From the NCBI GenBank assembly GCA_017994055.1, contig JAGOLL010000002.1, positions 394 to 64,393 on the forward strand: a stretch of 64,000 nt of DNA. Direction: 5' to 3'. Both the position numbers and the translations under genes were made by a program. Origin of the DNA: Methanothrix sp. (GTDB taxonomy: Archaea > Halobacteriota > Methanosarcinia > Methanotrichales > Methanotrichaceae). The notes below the pieces were generated by a model. The model was not told where the DNA came from, did not search any database, and saw only the letters and a list, made by a program, of their open reading frames with translations. Each line of letters opens with the position of its first letter. Position 1 is the first letter of the stretch. This document shows positions 1 to 10,937 of the stretch, piece after piece.

Positions 1-26
1 AGAAAAGAAATGCTGGAATGAGCTGA

Positions 27-593
27 ATGAATTCAAGAATAAAGAAACAATCAAAGGCATTAAAGCCTGGCAAATCTCTGAAAATCCAGAGCTTGCTAAA
101 TGCTCTGGCTGGCTGGCAGTCCAAAAATGAAGGAGGATCAATAATGGTGGTTCGCTTGCAGACGGCAGAGGGTCGAATCAAGAAATACCAGACGACGCGA
201 GTGCTATTTGAATCATATGTTGAAGGCTTTCCCATCGATAAATACGTCACAAAGTGCGGAAGAGAATGGAAACCAGGGACTGAGAACCAGGAATGCGATC
301 ACCTGGAATGTGCAATATGCTTAGCAGAACAGCTTAAGGAAGATCTAACTGGGGCATCAATTTTTTTGATGGTATTGGCCTTTGCCATAATTATTATAGT
401 TGGAATTAAATGGCCACAACGGTTTGATTCTGCCCTTGTATACTCGGGGCTTCTGATTCTATCGGCATTCTATTTCGCATTCTTGAGATTCAGGTCAGCA
501 AAAAGTTTCAAAGAGCTAACCGAGTATAAATATAAGGGCACAATCAATGGTATTAGGGCTTGGCAAATCTCCGGATGTCCACACACTGGCTAA
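27..593 (+). CDS. Hypothetical membrane protein (two TM helices near C-terminus, CxHxxCxxC motif)
   Basis: 188-aa ORF; hydrophobic segments SIFLMVLAFAIIIIVGI and ALVYSGLLILSAFYFAFL; real start may be the internal Met (MVVRLQ). Confidence 0.6.
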   Translation: MNSRIKKQSKALKPGKSLKIQSLLNALAGWQSKNEGGSIMVVRLQTAEGRIKKYQTTRVLFESYVEGFPIDKYVTKCGREWKPGTENQECDHLECAICLAEQLKEDLTGASIFLMVLAFAIIIIVGIKWPQRFDSALVYSGLLILSAFYFAFLRFRSAKSFKELTEYKYKGTINGIRAWQISGCPHTG

Positions 594-698
594 ATGCATT
601 AGCTTCTCGGGAGTCCGGGATTATGAAAAGAGCAATGATTGCGATTTGCTCGAAGACAGCAGAGGGTAGAATCAGGCAAGAACGATGAGGCTTATTTC

Positions 699-840
699 GA
701 TCGAATGGTCTCCCTGTTGGACCAGATGCCCTCCTTTCAGGAGGCCGCCCCCCATGCCTGCACGCCGCACGAGCAGACGGCTCTGGAGCGGCAGATCGAG
801 GCCACCGACCGGCAGATAGACGCGCTGGTCTATGAGCCGA
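699..840 (+). pseudogene. 3'-end remnant (copy 1) of a type IIG/Eco57I-like restriction-modification gene
   Basis: Translates as DRMVSLLDQM...RTPHEQTALERQIEATDRQIDALVYE-like sequence, the typical C-terminal tail (..IDxLVYELYGLTEEEI) of Eco57I/TaqI-like R-M proteins; no upstream body. Confidence 0.65.
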
Positions 841-1187
841 TGTCAATGGATGGCTGATGATGCAAAGGGAATTGAGGACGTATCTAATCCGACCGATAGA
901 AAGAAAGATAGTGCAAAGAGATGCCAAGATCGCGACTTTGCATGATTCAAGCCGGTTGGTTCTTAAGTATTATTGTTTTTAATTTTTTTATGATTTTAAA
1001 TTGCAGAGGCCATTTATTTATTTTTTTAAGCATATAGTTTTTAAAAATTCTTTTTTAGATATGTTAAAGATAGATCGATATGTATTTATTTTTTTAACAT
1101 CTTTTAAAAAACTTTAAATATGACAGGACATACATAATTTATTAATAACATTTAGTTGAACTAAATTAAAATAGGAGGTGAAGCGAT

Positions 1188-1280
1188 ATGTACCTGAAGT
1201 TTAAGCTGATTGGCTTGTTGTTGACGGCCATGGCCTTATTGACATCTACAGGACTGGCAATTGTAGTTGTTAAGAGATAG
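1188..1280 (+). CDS. 30-aa hydrophobic peptide MYLKFKLIGLLLTAMALLTSTGLAIVVVKR
   Basis: GGAGGTGA Shine-Dalgarno just upstream of the ATG; AT-rich promoter-like region with TTTAAATA near 1113; T-run downstream near 1326. Confidence 0.55.
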   Translation: MYLKFKLIGLLLTAMALLTSTGLAIVVVKR

Positions 1281-1410
1281 ATTGTCTCCCATTTTCGAGC
1301 CGCGATAATCAACACTCTATTGCCCTTTTTTATAGCCAAATCGCCCTTGCCAGATGTAAATGGATCCGAATATCCCCGAGTGTAATCGGTAGCAGCTTCT
1401 GCCGCAAATG

Positions 1411-1573
1411 ACCTAGATGACTAGAGATACTCATCCTGCATAAACAGCTCCCCCAGGCCGGCACGCCGCACGGGCAAACGGCACCTGTGGTGGATCGAAG
1501 CCGCCGACCGGCAGATAGACGCCCGGATCTGCGAGCTAAACGCTCTACGGATTAGTAGATAGGGATTGTAGAT
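1411..1573 (+). repeat. R-M 3'-end remnant, copy 2
   Basis: Exact 19-bp match CCGACCGGCAGATAGACGC (1504-1522 vs 805-823); translates LHKQLPQAGTPHGQTA...IEAADRQIDARICEL. Confidence 0.7.
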
Positions 1574-1702
1574 GTGCGGATGAGGAGATCAACGGCTGGC
1601 ATTTCGCTCGGTTTCTCTGCTTCAACAGATAAGCTATAATTAAATAGCGGCAAATAGGAGGTGCAGAGCATAGAGTGACGACCATCCCTGCGGTGACATG
1701 AT

Positions 1703-1897
1703 ATGGCAAGCGTTAGAGATCGCATTTCTATCCTGTTTCTGGTGATCGCTGCCGTAGCCGTGCTGTGGTTTGTTTTATCTCGTCTGCGTTTTGTTGTGTT
1801 CATCAGTAGCTCATGGACGGAGGTGATTCTCATCGTTGTCGGCAGCATAATTATTCTTTTTCTCCTGTTTGATCACTTCTTCAACCGCTCACGATAG
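1703..1897 (+). CDS. Small two-TM membrane protein (64 aa)
   Basis: Two strongly hydrophobic helices in the ORF. Confidence 0.6.
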   Translation: MASVRDRISILFLVIAAVAVLWFVLSRLRFVVFISSSWTEVILIVVGSIIILFLLFDHFFNRSR

Positions 1898-1920
1898 CAA
1901 TGGCGAGGCATGAAAGGGGT

Positions 1921-2048
1921 GTGGAGGCCCGCATGCCTCAAAAGCAGACAGCCAGGGCGCATCGCATCGCTGCCAGAGGCGAGCAGATAGCGCTCAGATC
2001 GGCGAGCTATTGGCCTGCTGAGGAAGATGCTGGGATTGTGAATACATA
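1921..2048 (+). repeat. R-M 3'-end remnant, copy 3 (degenerate)
   Basis: Translates EARMPQKQTARAHRIAARGEQI...EEDAGIVN, colinear with ARTPHEQTALERQIEATDRQI...EEEIxIV. Confidence 0.5.
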
Positions 2049-2252
2049 ATGACGCTAATGATAGCAGTCATGGCAAGCAGCGCACTCAACCGTCTGGCCT
2101 GCTATCATTTAAGTCCAATCAAGAGAATGATCAAGATAAAGCCTGGCGAGAGATCTGGAGTTGATGGGATCTTGGCGACAATCAGTCTTAATTCGTATGC
2201 CTGCAAAAATGAAAGAGGATTTGGCCCTTCATAGCCAGTATAGTGTCATTGT

Positions 2253-2360
2253 CTACCTTACGCCAGAGCGGCTATCTGACCATTTGTTCAAACCCCAAGG
2301 CAATAGGACGACCATTCCTCCAAAGATGATTATAGCATATATTTGGGACATAATATCCAT
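2253..2360 (-). CDS. 35-aa hydrophobic peptide MDIMSQIYAIIIFGGMVVLLPWGLNKWSDSRSGVR (or 5' part of a decayed membrane protein)
   Basis: GGAGGTGA Shine-Dalgarno on the minus strand (2367-2374) 6 nt before the ATG; single TM segment. Confidence 0.45.
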   Translation of the reverse strand: MDIMSQIYAIIIFGGMVVLLPWGLNKWSDSRSGVR

Positions 2361-2550
2361 CAATTATCACCTCCGTTTGAATTCCTGATCCTGCTCCAAG
2401 GCAATCCTGGCCTATAAATGCTTTGGCTAAATGTTGAATATAATGACAAATTGAGCTTTTAATGTAAAATTAATTAACCAATAAGAGCAAATAAACATAA
2501 TAACAAAAAATAGATAAAAACAAAAAGCAAAATAGGTAAATAAACAAAAA

Positions 2551-2630
2551 GGCCGATTTGGAGATGCAATATGGTCCGTAAGCTGTACCGCCTGACGGAG
2601 GAGGTCGGTAATTGATAGAGAGGGGAATGA
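2551..2630 (+). repeat. R-M 3'-end remnant, copy 4 (most degenerate)
   Basis: GTCCGTAAGCTGTACCGCCTGACGGAGGAG encodes VRKLYRLTEE, matching VYELYGLTEE. Confidence 0.45.
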
Positions 2631-2759
2631 AGGAATGAGTAGCAGTTATGTGGATGAGTTGGAAAAGAGCATCATCCGGCTGTCATCAAAAGCTGAAAGA
2701 TTAAGTGGCAAAAAATGGAGGCAATTTTAAAAATAATTTAACTTTTACTCCTCACAAGG

Positions 2760-3065
2760 TCACCAATACCCCCAGTAATAGTCATAGTATGTGCCTGGAT
2801 ACCAATAATAACTCCAATAGGTGCTCGGATAGTAGTACCTGGATGGGTAATAGTAGTAGCTTGGATAATAATAGTAGCTATACGGATAATAATAGGCCGG
2901 ATACCAACTGTAGTAGCTTGGATACCCGTGCCAGTACGCATAGGTATAGCTCGGAGACAGCCAATCGTAACCCGGTGAAACATTGCCGGGTGGTTTTGCA
3001 ATAGCAGCCATAGAGAGCAGTACCAGCATTAACAAAAGCAGTATGGCAAAGGCTCTAATTTCCAT
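2760..3065 (-). CDS. Secreted Tyr/Trp/Pro/Ser-rich low-complexity protein (101 aa)
   Basis: Start reassigned to MEIRAFAILLLLMLVLLSMAAIA (signal peptide); mature part has YYYYPS repeats. Confidence 0.7.
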   Translation of the reverse strand: MEIRAFAILLLLMLVLLSMAAIAKPPGNVSPGYDWLSPSYTYAYWHGYPSYYSWYPAYYYPYSYYYYPSYYYYPSRYYYPSTYWSYYWYPGTYYDYYWGYW

Positions 3066-3248
3066 CACCAGAATATAGTAATGATAAATAATTCTATTAA
3101 AGCTTTCCTCAATTTCCCCCCATTTAATGGGGAGATCGCCCGGACATTCCGGTTCAGCGGTGGCGAGAGGCCATCCGCCGAAACCGGTTATCATCTGGCC
3201 GGGCTTTCTGACGCGCGATATGAAGCCATGAAGCTCTGAAGGCCTCCC

Positions 3249-5426
<2,178 letters not shown>

Positions 5427-5939
5427 TCACTCCTTTCTTAGCTCAATTATCGAATGCGCTGTTAGAATATGCAGTTTTCTCTGACTAATGGCCCCGCCTG
5501 GCAATAGAGGTCAAAGGAGGCCCGGAGGCCAGGGCCGCATTCATAGCTGCCTCGCCCAATGAGATCGAGGGGGCGCGAAACATGCCCCTGGCCGGAGAGG
5601 ACAGGAGCGTCTTCAAAAAGGCATACCTGGATGCCAGCCGGACTGAAGGAGGAGGAGACGGCCTTTCTCTACCTCGTGTCCAGGGTTTTGAAGCGAGCGC
5701 CTAGGGGGGAGATTGAGGCCTGGAGGCCCTGGCTCATGAGGCAGCTGCAAGAGATCAATCCGTAGATGGTGGTGGCTCCGGGAAAGCAGGCTGGCGAGGC
5801 ACTTGGGGAGCTGGCCGACCTGATCATGCCCCATCCCTATGCCGTCCTGAAGCGGAGATAAAGGCGAGGTCTTCCGGAAAGCCTCGAGGCTCAGAGATGC
5901 CCTTTCTGCCAGGGGAGAGAGTGTGGATGCGACAGGGGA

Positions 5940-6328
5940 TTGCTCGGAGAGAAGATACGCTGCCCCATTCTTAAGGCCGATGTGAAGAGGAGATTGGTTT
6001 ACAGCGTGATTGCGGAGCCCGACACCGTAGATGCCCAGGGTGATGTGATGAGCGCCGAAACCATCGAAGAGATGGCCCACAATTTCCTGCTCCGCTCCCG
6101 CAAGTTCGACAACAGGCACGACTGGAGGACGGGAGATGCTGCGCCGGTCGAGTCCTGGATTAAGAGGGAGGCTACAGTGCTCCTGGAGAGAGGATCAAGG
6201 CCAAATCGTGGGTGGTCGGGGTGAAGGTCTTTGCAGACCAAATTTGGGAGAAGGTTCTGTCAAAGGAGTATCAGTCCTTCAGCATCGGCGGGAGAGGGGT
6301 AAGGGTGGCGGGAGTGCGATTTGGGTGA
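5940..6328 (+). pseudogene. XkdF-like viral prohead protease, frameshifted
   Basis: RRLVYSVIAEPDTVDAQGDVMSAETIEEMAHNF, then after a frameshift near 6185 SWVVGVKVFADQIWEKVLSKEYQSFSIGGRG; typical XkdF family pattern. Confidence 0.7.
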
Positions 6329-6439
6329 TGATGAGTACCTGAAAGACTCGATATATGAACCGTACTCAGATCTTAACGATGGTATTCGCTAACGATTAAA
6401 TATTATGAGATTACTTATTGTCATTAGGAGGAAATTACT

Positions 6440-6874
6440 GTGGAAGCAAAATTATACCTGCCCAGTTTGTATCAAGATATTATTGATGAAGTGCCAATGG
6501 CCAAATGGCCTAGATGGCTTAGGACGTGGTGTTGCGATCGTTTTTGTTGTGTACTTGACTTCAGTTCAGAAATTCTGAATTTGGTCTTGCAGGAAAAAAA
6601 CTGGATGAGGTGGTACATCCGCAAGGAAGATTTTGGTGCACTTCTTTGGAATCCCGCCACTAATCGAGTTTACGAACTCGACGACGAAGCATGTACGGTT
6701 TTGATGGCACTCCAAGAGGGCAGAGACTTTGAGAAAGTTTCTGAAGAATATGGAGTGCAGGCAAGTGGTCTTCTCATGTTACTTGCTGAGATCTCCAAAA
6801 CTACAGAACCACCAGTTAAAAAATATAATACTAAACGAGGTGACTCGTGCAATGCCTTCAAAAAGACCAGGTAG
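6440..6874 (+). CDS. PqqD/MftB-like RiPP recognition element with N-terminal Trp/Cys-rich extension
   Basis: RKEDFGALLWNPATNRVYELDDEACTVL resembles PqqD-fold RREs; GGAGG SD upstream; adjacent to a radical SAM gene. Confidence 0.7.
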   Translation: MEAKLYLPSLYQDIIDEVPMAKWPRWLRTWCCDRFCCVLDFSSEILNLVLQEKNWMRWYIRKEDFGALLWNPATNRVYELDDEACTVLMALQEGRDFEKVSEEYGVQASGLLMLLAEISKTTEPPVKKYNTKRGDSCNAFKKTR

Positions 6875-7808
6875 TCCTCTGTGGGCTACCGTGAATATCA
6901 CAGGTATCTGCAACCTTGAGTGCAAATACTGCTTCTTTCAGCCAAGAAAACATGAACATATGAAGATGACCAACTTCAGGAAGGTTGTCAAAATCCTCAA
7001 GGCACAGAAGTCGTTTTCTTTTACTATCAGCGGAGGTGAGCCATTCCTGCATCCACAAATAAATGACATCCTAGAGTACGCCCACAATGAATTTGAACAT
7101 ATATCCGTACTTAGCAACGGCACCAGCATACGAAGAGAGAACGTGGACTGTATGAAGAGGATCATCAAGAAAAAAGGCTTCTTCTGTATGCAGGTTTCAC
7201 TCGACTCCATCGATCCTGACATCAACGACCGGACGCGTGGGATGACGCTCCGAGTTATGAAGAACCTAGAAATCCTGAGGGATGCAGGCATTTCTCTAAC
7301 AATCGCAATTGTAGTATCATCACAGAACATTGAACAAGTCGTTAAGACTATTATTGCGTCAAAATACTTGACAAGATATTTCCATGTCATTCCATTTAAA
7401 TCAGTGCCTTTCCTCGATCAAGGAGGCCAATACCTGCACGCTGAAGAAGAGTATATGCAAAAAATTTGGGAGGAACTAGAGGATATACGAGATATACACG
7501 ATCTCCACATCACACTCCCGACCGACGAGTGCAACTTTGGCACATACAGTGCTTCTGGAGCCCCTTGTGCAGCAGGCTTTACACAAATCGTCATTGATCC
7601 AAATATGGATGTGAGAGCCTGTAGTCGATGTACCCATGCAATTGTGGGTAATCTTAGAGACGAGAGCATGGATAGCATCTGGAATGGACCCAAGGTTGCC
7701 CATATTTATAAGCGTGACATACCATATTGCCATGTACCGTCCGAATGGGAAGCTGCGATGAAGAATCCTGAATTCATGTGCGAGAAACTTGGTGCAAAAA
7801 GCTTCTAA
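6852..7808 (+). CDS. Radical SAM / SPASM-twitch domain protein (peptide maturase-like)
   Basis: CNLECKYC, SGGEPFLHP and C-terminal CAAG...DVRACSRC...VGNLRDESMDSIW; start set to ATG 6852 after a GAGGTGA SD. Confidence 0.88.
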   Translation: MPSKRPGSPLWATVNITGICNLECKYCFFQPRKHEHMKMTNFRKVVKILKAQKSFSFTISGGEPFLHPQINDILEYAHNEFEHISVLSNGTSIRRENVDCMKRIIKKKGFFCMQVSLDSIDPDINDRTRGMTLRVMKNLEILRDAGISLTIAIVVSSQNIEQVVKTIIASKYLTRYFHVIPFKSVPFLDQGGQYLHAEEEYMQKIWEELEDIRDIHDLHITLPTDECNFGTYSASGAPCAAGFTQIVIDPNMDVRACSRCTHAIVGNLRDESMDSIWNGPKVAHIYKRDIPYCHVPSEWEAAMKNPEFMCEKLGAKSF

Positions 7809-7904
7809 GACCTGGGTGAGCTGTAGCAAGCTCGGGAACTTTCAATCTTTCCTTTTAAGCAAAAATGGCTCATTGATATTATTTTCCTGCAAAAATACTT
7901 AGCT

Positions 7905-8107
7905 ATGGCAGGAGTTCTAGGGCAGCTATTCAGGCCGCAAAGGTGTCGGTGCAGGACAGGAATGCAATGGAGCTACAGGCCACCAGGGAGATCCTGGCAG
8001 AGGTCTTCGGGGTCAAGTTCCCGGATGTGGATGAAATAATCGAGAACCGTTCCCAGGCCAGAGATAGGGGATCGCAGTGGCCTCTGGAGCTTTGGGTAGG
8101 TGGATAA
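7905..8107 (+). pseudogene. Frameshifted paralog of the small protein at 9278-9502
   Basis: MAGVLGQLFRP...AMELQATREILAEVFGV...VDEIIENR...WPLELWVGG, colinear with the 9278-9502 product. Confidence 0.65.
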
Positions 8108-8397
8108 GTCTAGCCGGATAAGGCATTGGTCCTCATTATAGCATCCATTCGGGAAAGAATGGAAAATTCGTGATCTTCCGCACTCCCTATGTATTAATAT
8201 AATACGACATCGCTTACTGCTTCGGTCACCTTAGAATTTTCTTCATTAGACAAATGACATAGATTACTCCCTGGAACACCAAGGGAGACCATCCTCGATA
8301 GCCAGTTGCTGAACGAACGTCGCGGAAATCATAGCTTCGAAGACCAGACCTCTGCACAGATGTTAAATAATTAAAAATGCAACAAGGGCCTGCATAG

Positions 8398-8601
8398 AAA
8401 ACATCCGCTGTTCGATTTTCAAGGCCGATGAGTAAAGGCGCTTGGTTTACAGCGTGATCGCAGATACAGATACCAGCAGATTCTCAGGGCGACACAATGA
8501 GAGCCAGGGCCACGATTCTATTCGCTAGTCTCGGGCCGGATATCATCAGTCCTTCAGCTTCTGAGAGCGCGGTTTGCGTGTCCCAAGAGTTCGATTTGGG
8601 T
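8398..8601 (+). repeat. Second, internally deleted copy of the XkdF-like gene
   Basis: Exact matches TTGGTTTACAGCGTGAT (5994-6010 / 8442-8458) and ATCAGTCCTTCAGC (6270-6283 / 8545-8558); CGATTTGGGTGA ends both copies. Confidence 0.7.
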
Positions 8602-9093
8602 GAGGTGGAGATCGATTTCATCTCGTTCGTTCCGCGTGGGGCGAACCGAAAGAAGTACTTCCTGGTGAAGGAGGACAGAGCATTGAAAGATGACATTCTC
8701 AAGTCGATCCTGGAGACCGATGAGGGCGACATCTCCAGGGTCCTGAAAGAGGCCAAGCTGGAGGGCGAGGCAGCCGGGATTCTGGAGGCAGCAGCCAAGC
8801 TGCTCAAGGCCTATAACGACGAGCTGCCGGATGGTGCTTTACAGATCCTGGCCAAGGCCGGAGGGCTGCCCGAGCCCCAGCCGGCGACAAAGGGCCACAC
8901 CAAAGAGGAAGGAGCGGGGGCGGGAAAGAAAAAGGAGGGCGCTCCTGGGACGGTCCTCTCCAAAGAAGCCCTGGAGAAGATGGACCCTGCCACCCAGGCC
9001 ATTGTCAAGCAGCTCCAAAAGGAGAATACTGCCACAAAAGCAGAGGCCAGGGGGGCCAGGGAGATGGCCACAGAGCTGAAAGAAGGCGGATGA
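8578..9093 (+). CDS. Viral head assembly (XkdF-associated/scaffold-like) protein, probably truncated
   Basis: N-terminal EVEIDFISFVPRGANRKKYFLVK motif typical of XkdF-type head genes, followed by a charged coiled-coil. Confidence 0.55.
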   Translation: MSQEFDLGEVEIDFISFVPRGANRKKYFLVKEDRALKDDILKSILETDEGDISRVLKEAKLEGEAAGILEAAAKLLKAYNDELPDGALQILAKAGGLPEPQPATKGHTKEEGAGAGKKKEGAPGTVLSKEALEKMDPATQAIVKQLQKENTATKAEARGAREMATELKEGG

Positions 9094-9277
9094 GGGGCCA
9101 GAGGAGATGGCGACCAGGGAGGAGGGAGAGCGAAGGGAGGATTAAAAAGACATGGTAGGAGGGAACATTCCTTCGCTCCATTAATAATCATCATCCATTA
9201 TTAATCATCTTTTCGGGTGGATTATGGCCTGCCCACCGGATGCCGCCGCAAAAGAGGCCGGTGGGGACAATGGGGGC

Positions 9278-9502
9278 TCATCCCTCCACCCAGAGCTCCT
9301 GTGGCCAGAGCCCATCCTCTTCGGACTTCCGCCTGCCATTGCCTCCCGCTTGAAAGCGGCTGCTGATCATCTCATCCACCTCCGAGAGCCCAATCCCGAA
9401 GACCTCGGCCAGGATCTCCCTGGCCGCCTCCAGCTCCATGGCCTTCCGATCAAACACCGCCGCCTTTTTCGGCCTGAATAGCGGCTCATAGACTCCTGCC
9501 AT
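9278..9502 (-). CDS. Small conserved hypothetical protein (74 aa)
   Basis: Intact ORF with a decayed inverted paralog at 7905-8107. Confidence 0.55.
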   Translation of the reverse strand: MAGVYEPLFRPKKAAVFDRKAMELEAAREILAEVFGIGLSEVDEMISSRFQAGGNGRRKSEEDGLWPQELWVEG

Positions 9503-9656
9503 GATATCTGCTACTATGTATAAGGATAAGAACCTTTGCCGGAAAACAATATCAATAAACCATTTTTACATAATAGAATGAATGAATAAGATACAATTCG
9601 AGAAATGATGCTCCAGAGGGCGGCATCGCCGTTTCGATGCACAGGCAGTAAATCCT

Positions 9657-9750
9657 GAAAAAGGGGAAAAAGGGAGGGTGGGGAAAGTCGTGAAGAAAAG
9701 GGTATGTAGGAGGGGATGTAGTAGGGAATTGCAACGACTTTCGCCGATCA
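9657..9750 (-). ncRNA. Candidate small RNA with a C-rich loop
   Basis: 9-bp inverted repeat 9683-9691/9734-9742; minus-strand BRE/TATA (CGAAAACTATATAT, 9771-9784); U-runs near 9657-9671. Confidence 0.35.
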
Positions 9751-9970
9751 CTATATAGTTAATTGCCGAGATATATAGTTTTCGCTAAATAGGGCTATAT
9801 TTTAAGGCAACCGAGATCCTGTCCCTTCTGCCCGGAGGGCCCGGCCGGCCAGGCTGATGATGCTATGATGCCGGCTGGCTCGGTATTGCAGATACTGCCC
9901 TCCGGCAAAAAAACCTTGGATCAAGAAAAGATGAATTTCCAGAATATAGGGGCGGGCAGATATGCCCAGC

Positions 9971-10888
9971 CTATTCATCTCTCAGCCTGATCTCCAGGGA
10001 CATCAGATCCTCTGCCACAGTGCTCTTCTCAAATATGGATCTGGCCTCTCTCAATAGGGTTGAGCTATCCTCTGAATAGCGGGAGCTGATGTGGGTCAAG
10101 ACCAAAGCGCCCACCCCGGCTCGCCTGGCCGTCTCCGCTGCCTCCGCTGCGGTGCTGTGCTTGGTCTCCCTGGCCCAATCCGCCATATCGCTGGCCAGGG
10201 CACAGTCATGGATCAGCAGATCTGCCCCCCGGCTGGCTTCCTCCACCGAGGCGCAGGGCCTGGTATCCCCGGTGTAGACCACCTTTCTGCCCGGCCGGGC
10301 CGGACCCATTACCTGATGAGGCTCTATCCGCTGGCCATCGATCTCTATGCACTGGCCGCGCTGCAGCCTTCCGAAGAGCGGGCCGGGCGGAACGCCCAGA
10401 GATACAGCCGCCTCGCGGTTGAAGCGCCCCGGCCGCGGCTCCTCCTCCAGAGAGTAGCCCAAACTGGGCACGCTGTGCTGGGTGGCGAAAGCTGCCACTC
10501 GAAATCCCTTCATCTCCACCGCCTCACCCGGCTCAAGCTCCATTGCCCGGACGGGAAAGTGGCGGGAGAAGTAGCAGACGGACTTGAAGCAGTCCAGCAT
10601 GCGGGAGGTGTGAATGGGTCCGGCGATGGTGAGGGGCTCCTCTCTTCCCTGAAAGGCCATGGTTTCCAGCAGTCCGGGTATGCCCAGGATATGGTCGGCG
10701 TGAAGATGGGTCAGGAAGATGTGGGTCAGGCGCATCATTCCCGTCCTGGCCCTCATCATCTGTCTCTGGGTTCCCTCGCCGCAATCAAAGAGGATCATAT
10801 CTCCCTCCCGGTTTACAAGCACGGCAGAGGGATTTCTCTCCGGGGTGGGAAGCGATCCGGCGGTTCCTAGGAAGGTCACATTGAGCAT
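9971..10888 (-). CDS. rnz: Ribonuclease Z
   Basis: FLGTAGSLPTPERN, DCGEGTQRQ, THLHADHILG, GP exosite, YTGDT and THISSRY motifs. Confidence 0.96.
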   Translation of the reverse strand: MLNVTFLGTAGSLPTPERNPSAVLVNREGDMILFDCGEGTQRQMMRARTGMMRLTHIFLTHLHADHILGIPGLLETMAFQGREEPLTIAGPIHTSRMLDCFKSVCYFSRHFPVRAMELEPGEAVEMKGFRVAAFATQHSVPSLGYSLEEEPRPGRFNREAAVSLGVPPGPLFGRLQRGQCIEIDGQRIEPHQVMGPARPGRKVVYTGDTRPCASVEEASRGADLLIHDCALASDMADWARETKHSTAAEAAETARRAGVGALVLTHISSRYSEDSSTLLREARSIFEKSTVAEDLMSLEIRLRDE

Positions 10889-10937
10889 TGCAGGCCTCTT
10901 TCAAATTTGCGGAGCGGAAGACAAGCCTACATCCATA

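Noticed and set aside
2705-3004. Asn/Ser-rich and Ile/Thr-rich ORFs
   Set aside because: Alternative frames of the Tyr-repeat gene, which alone has a signal peptide.
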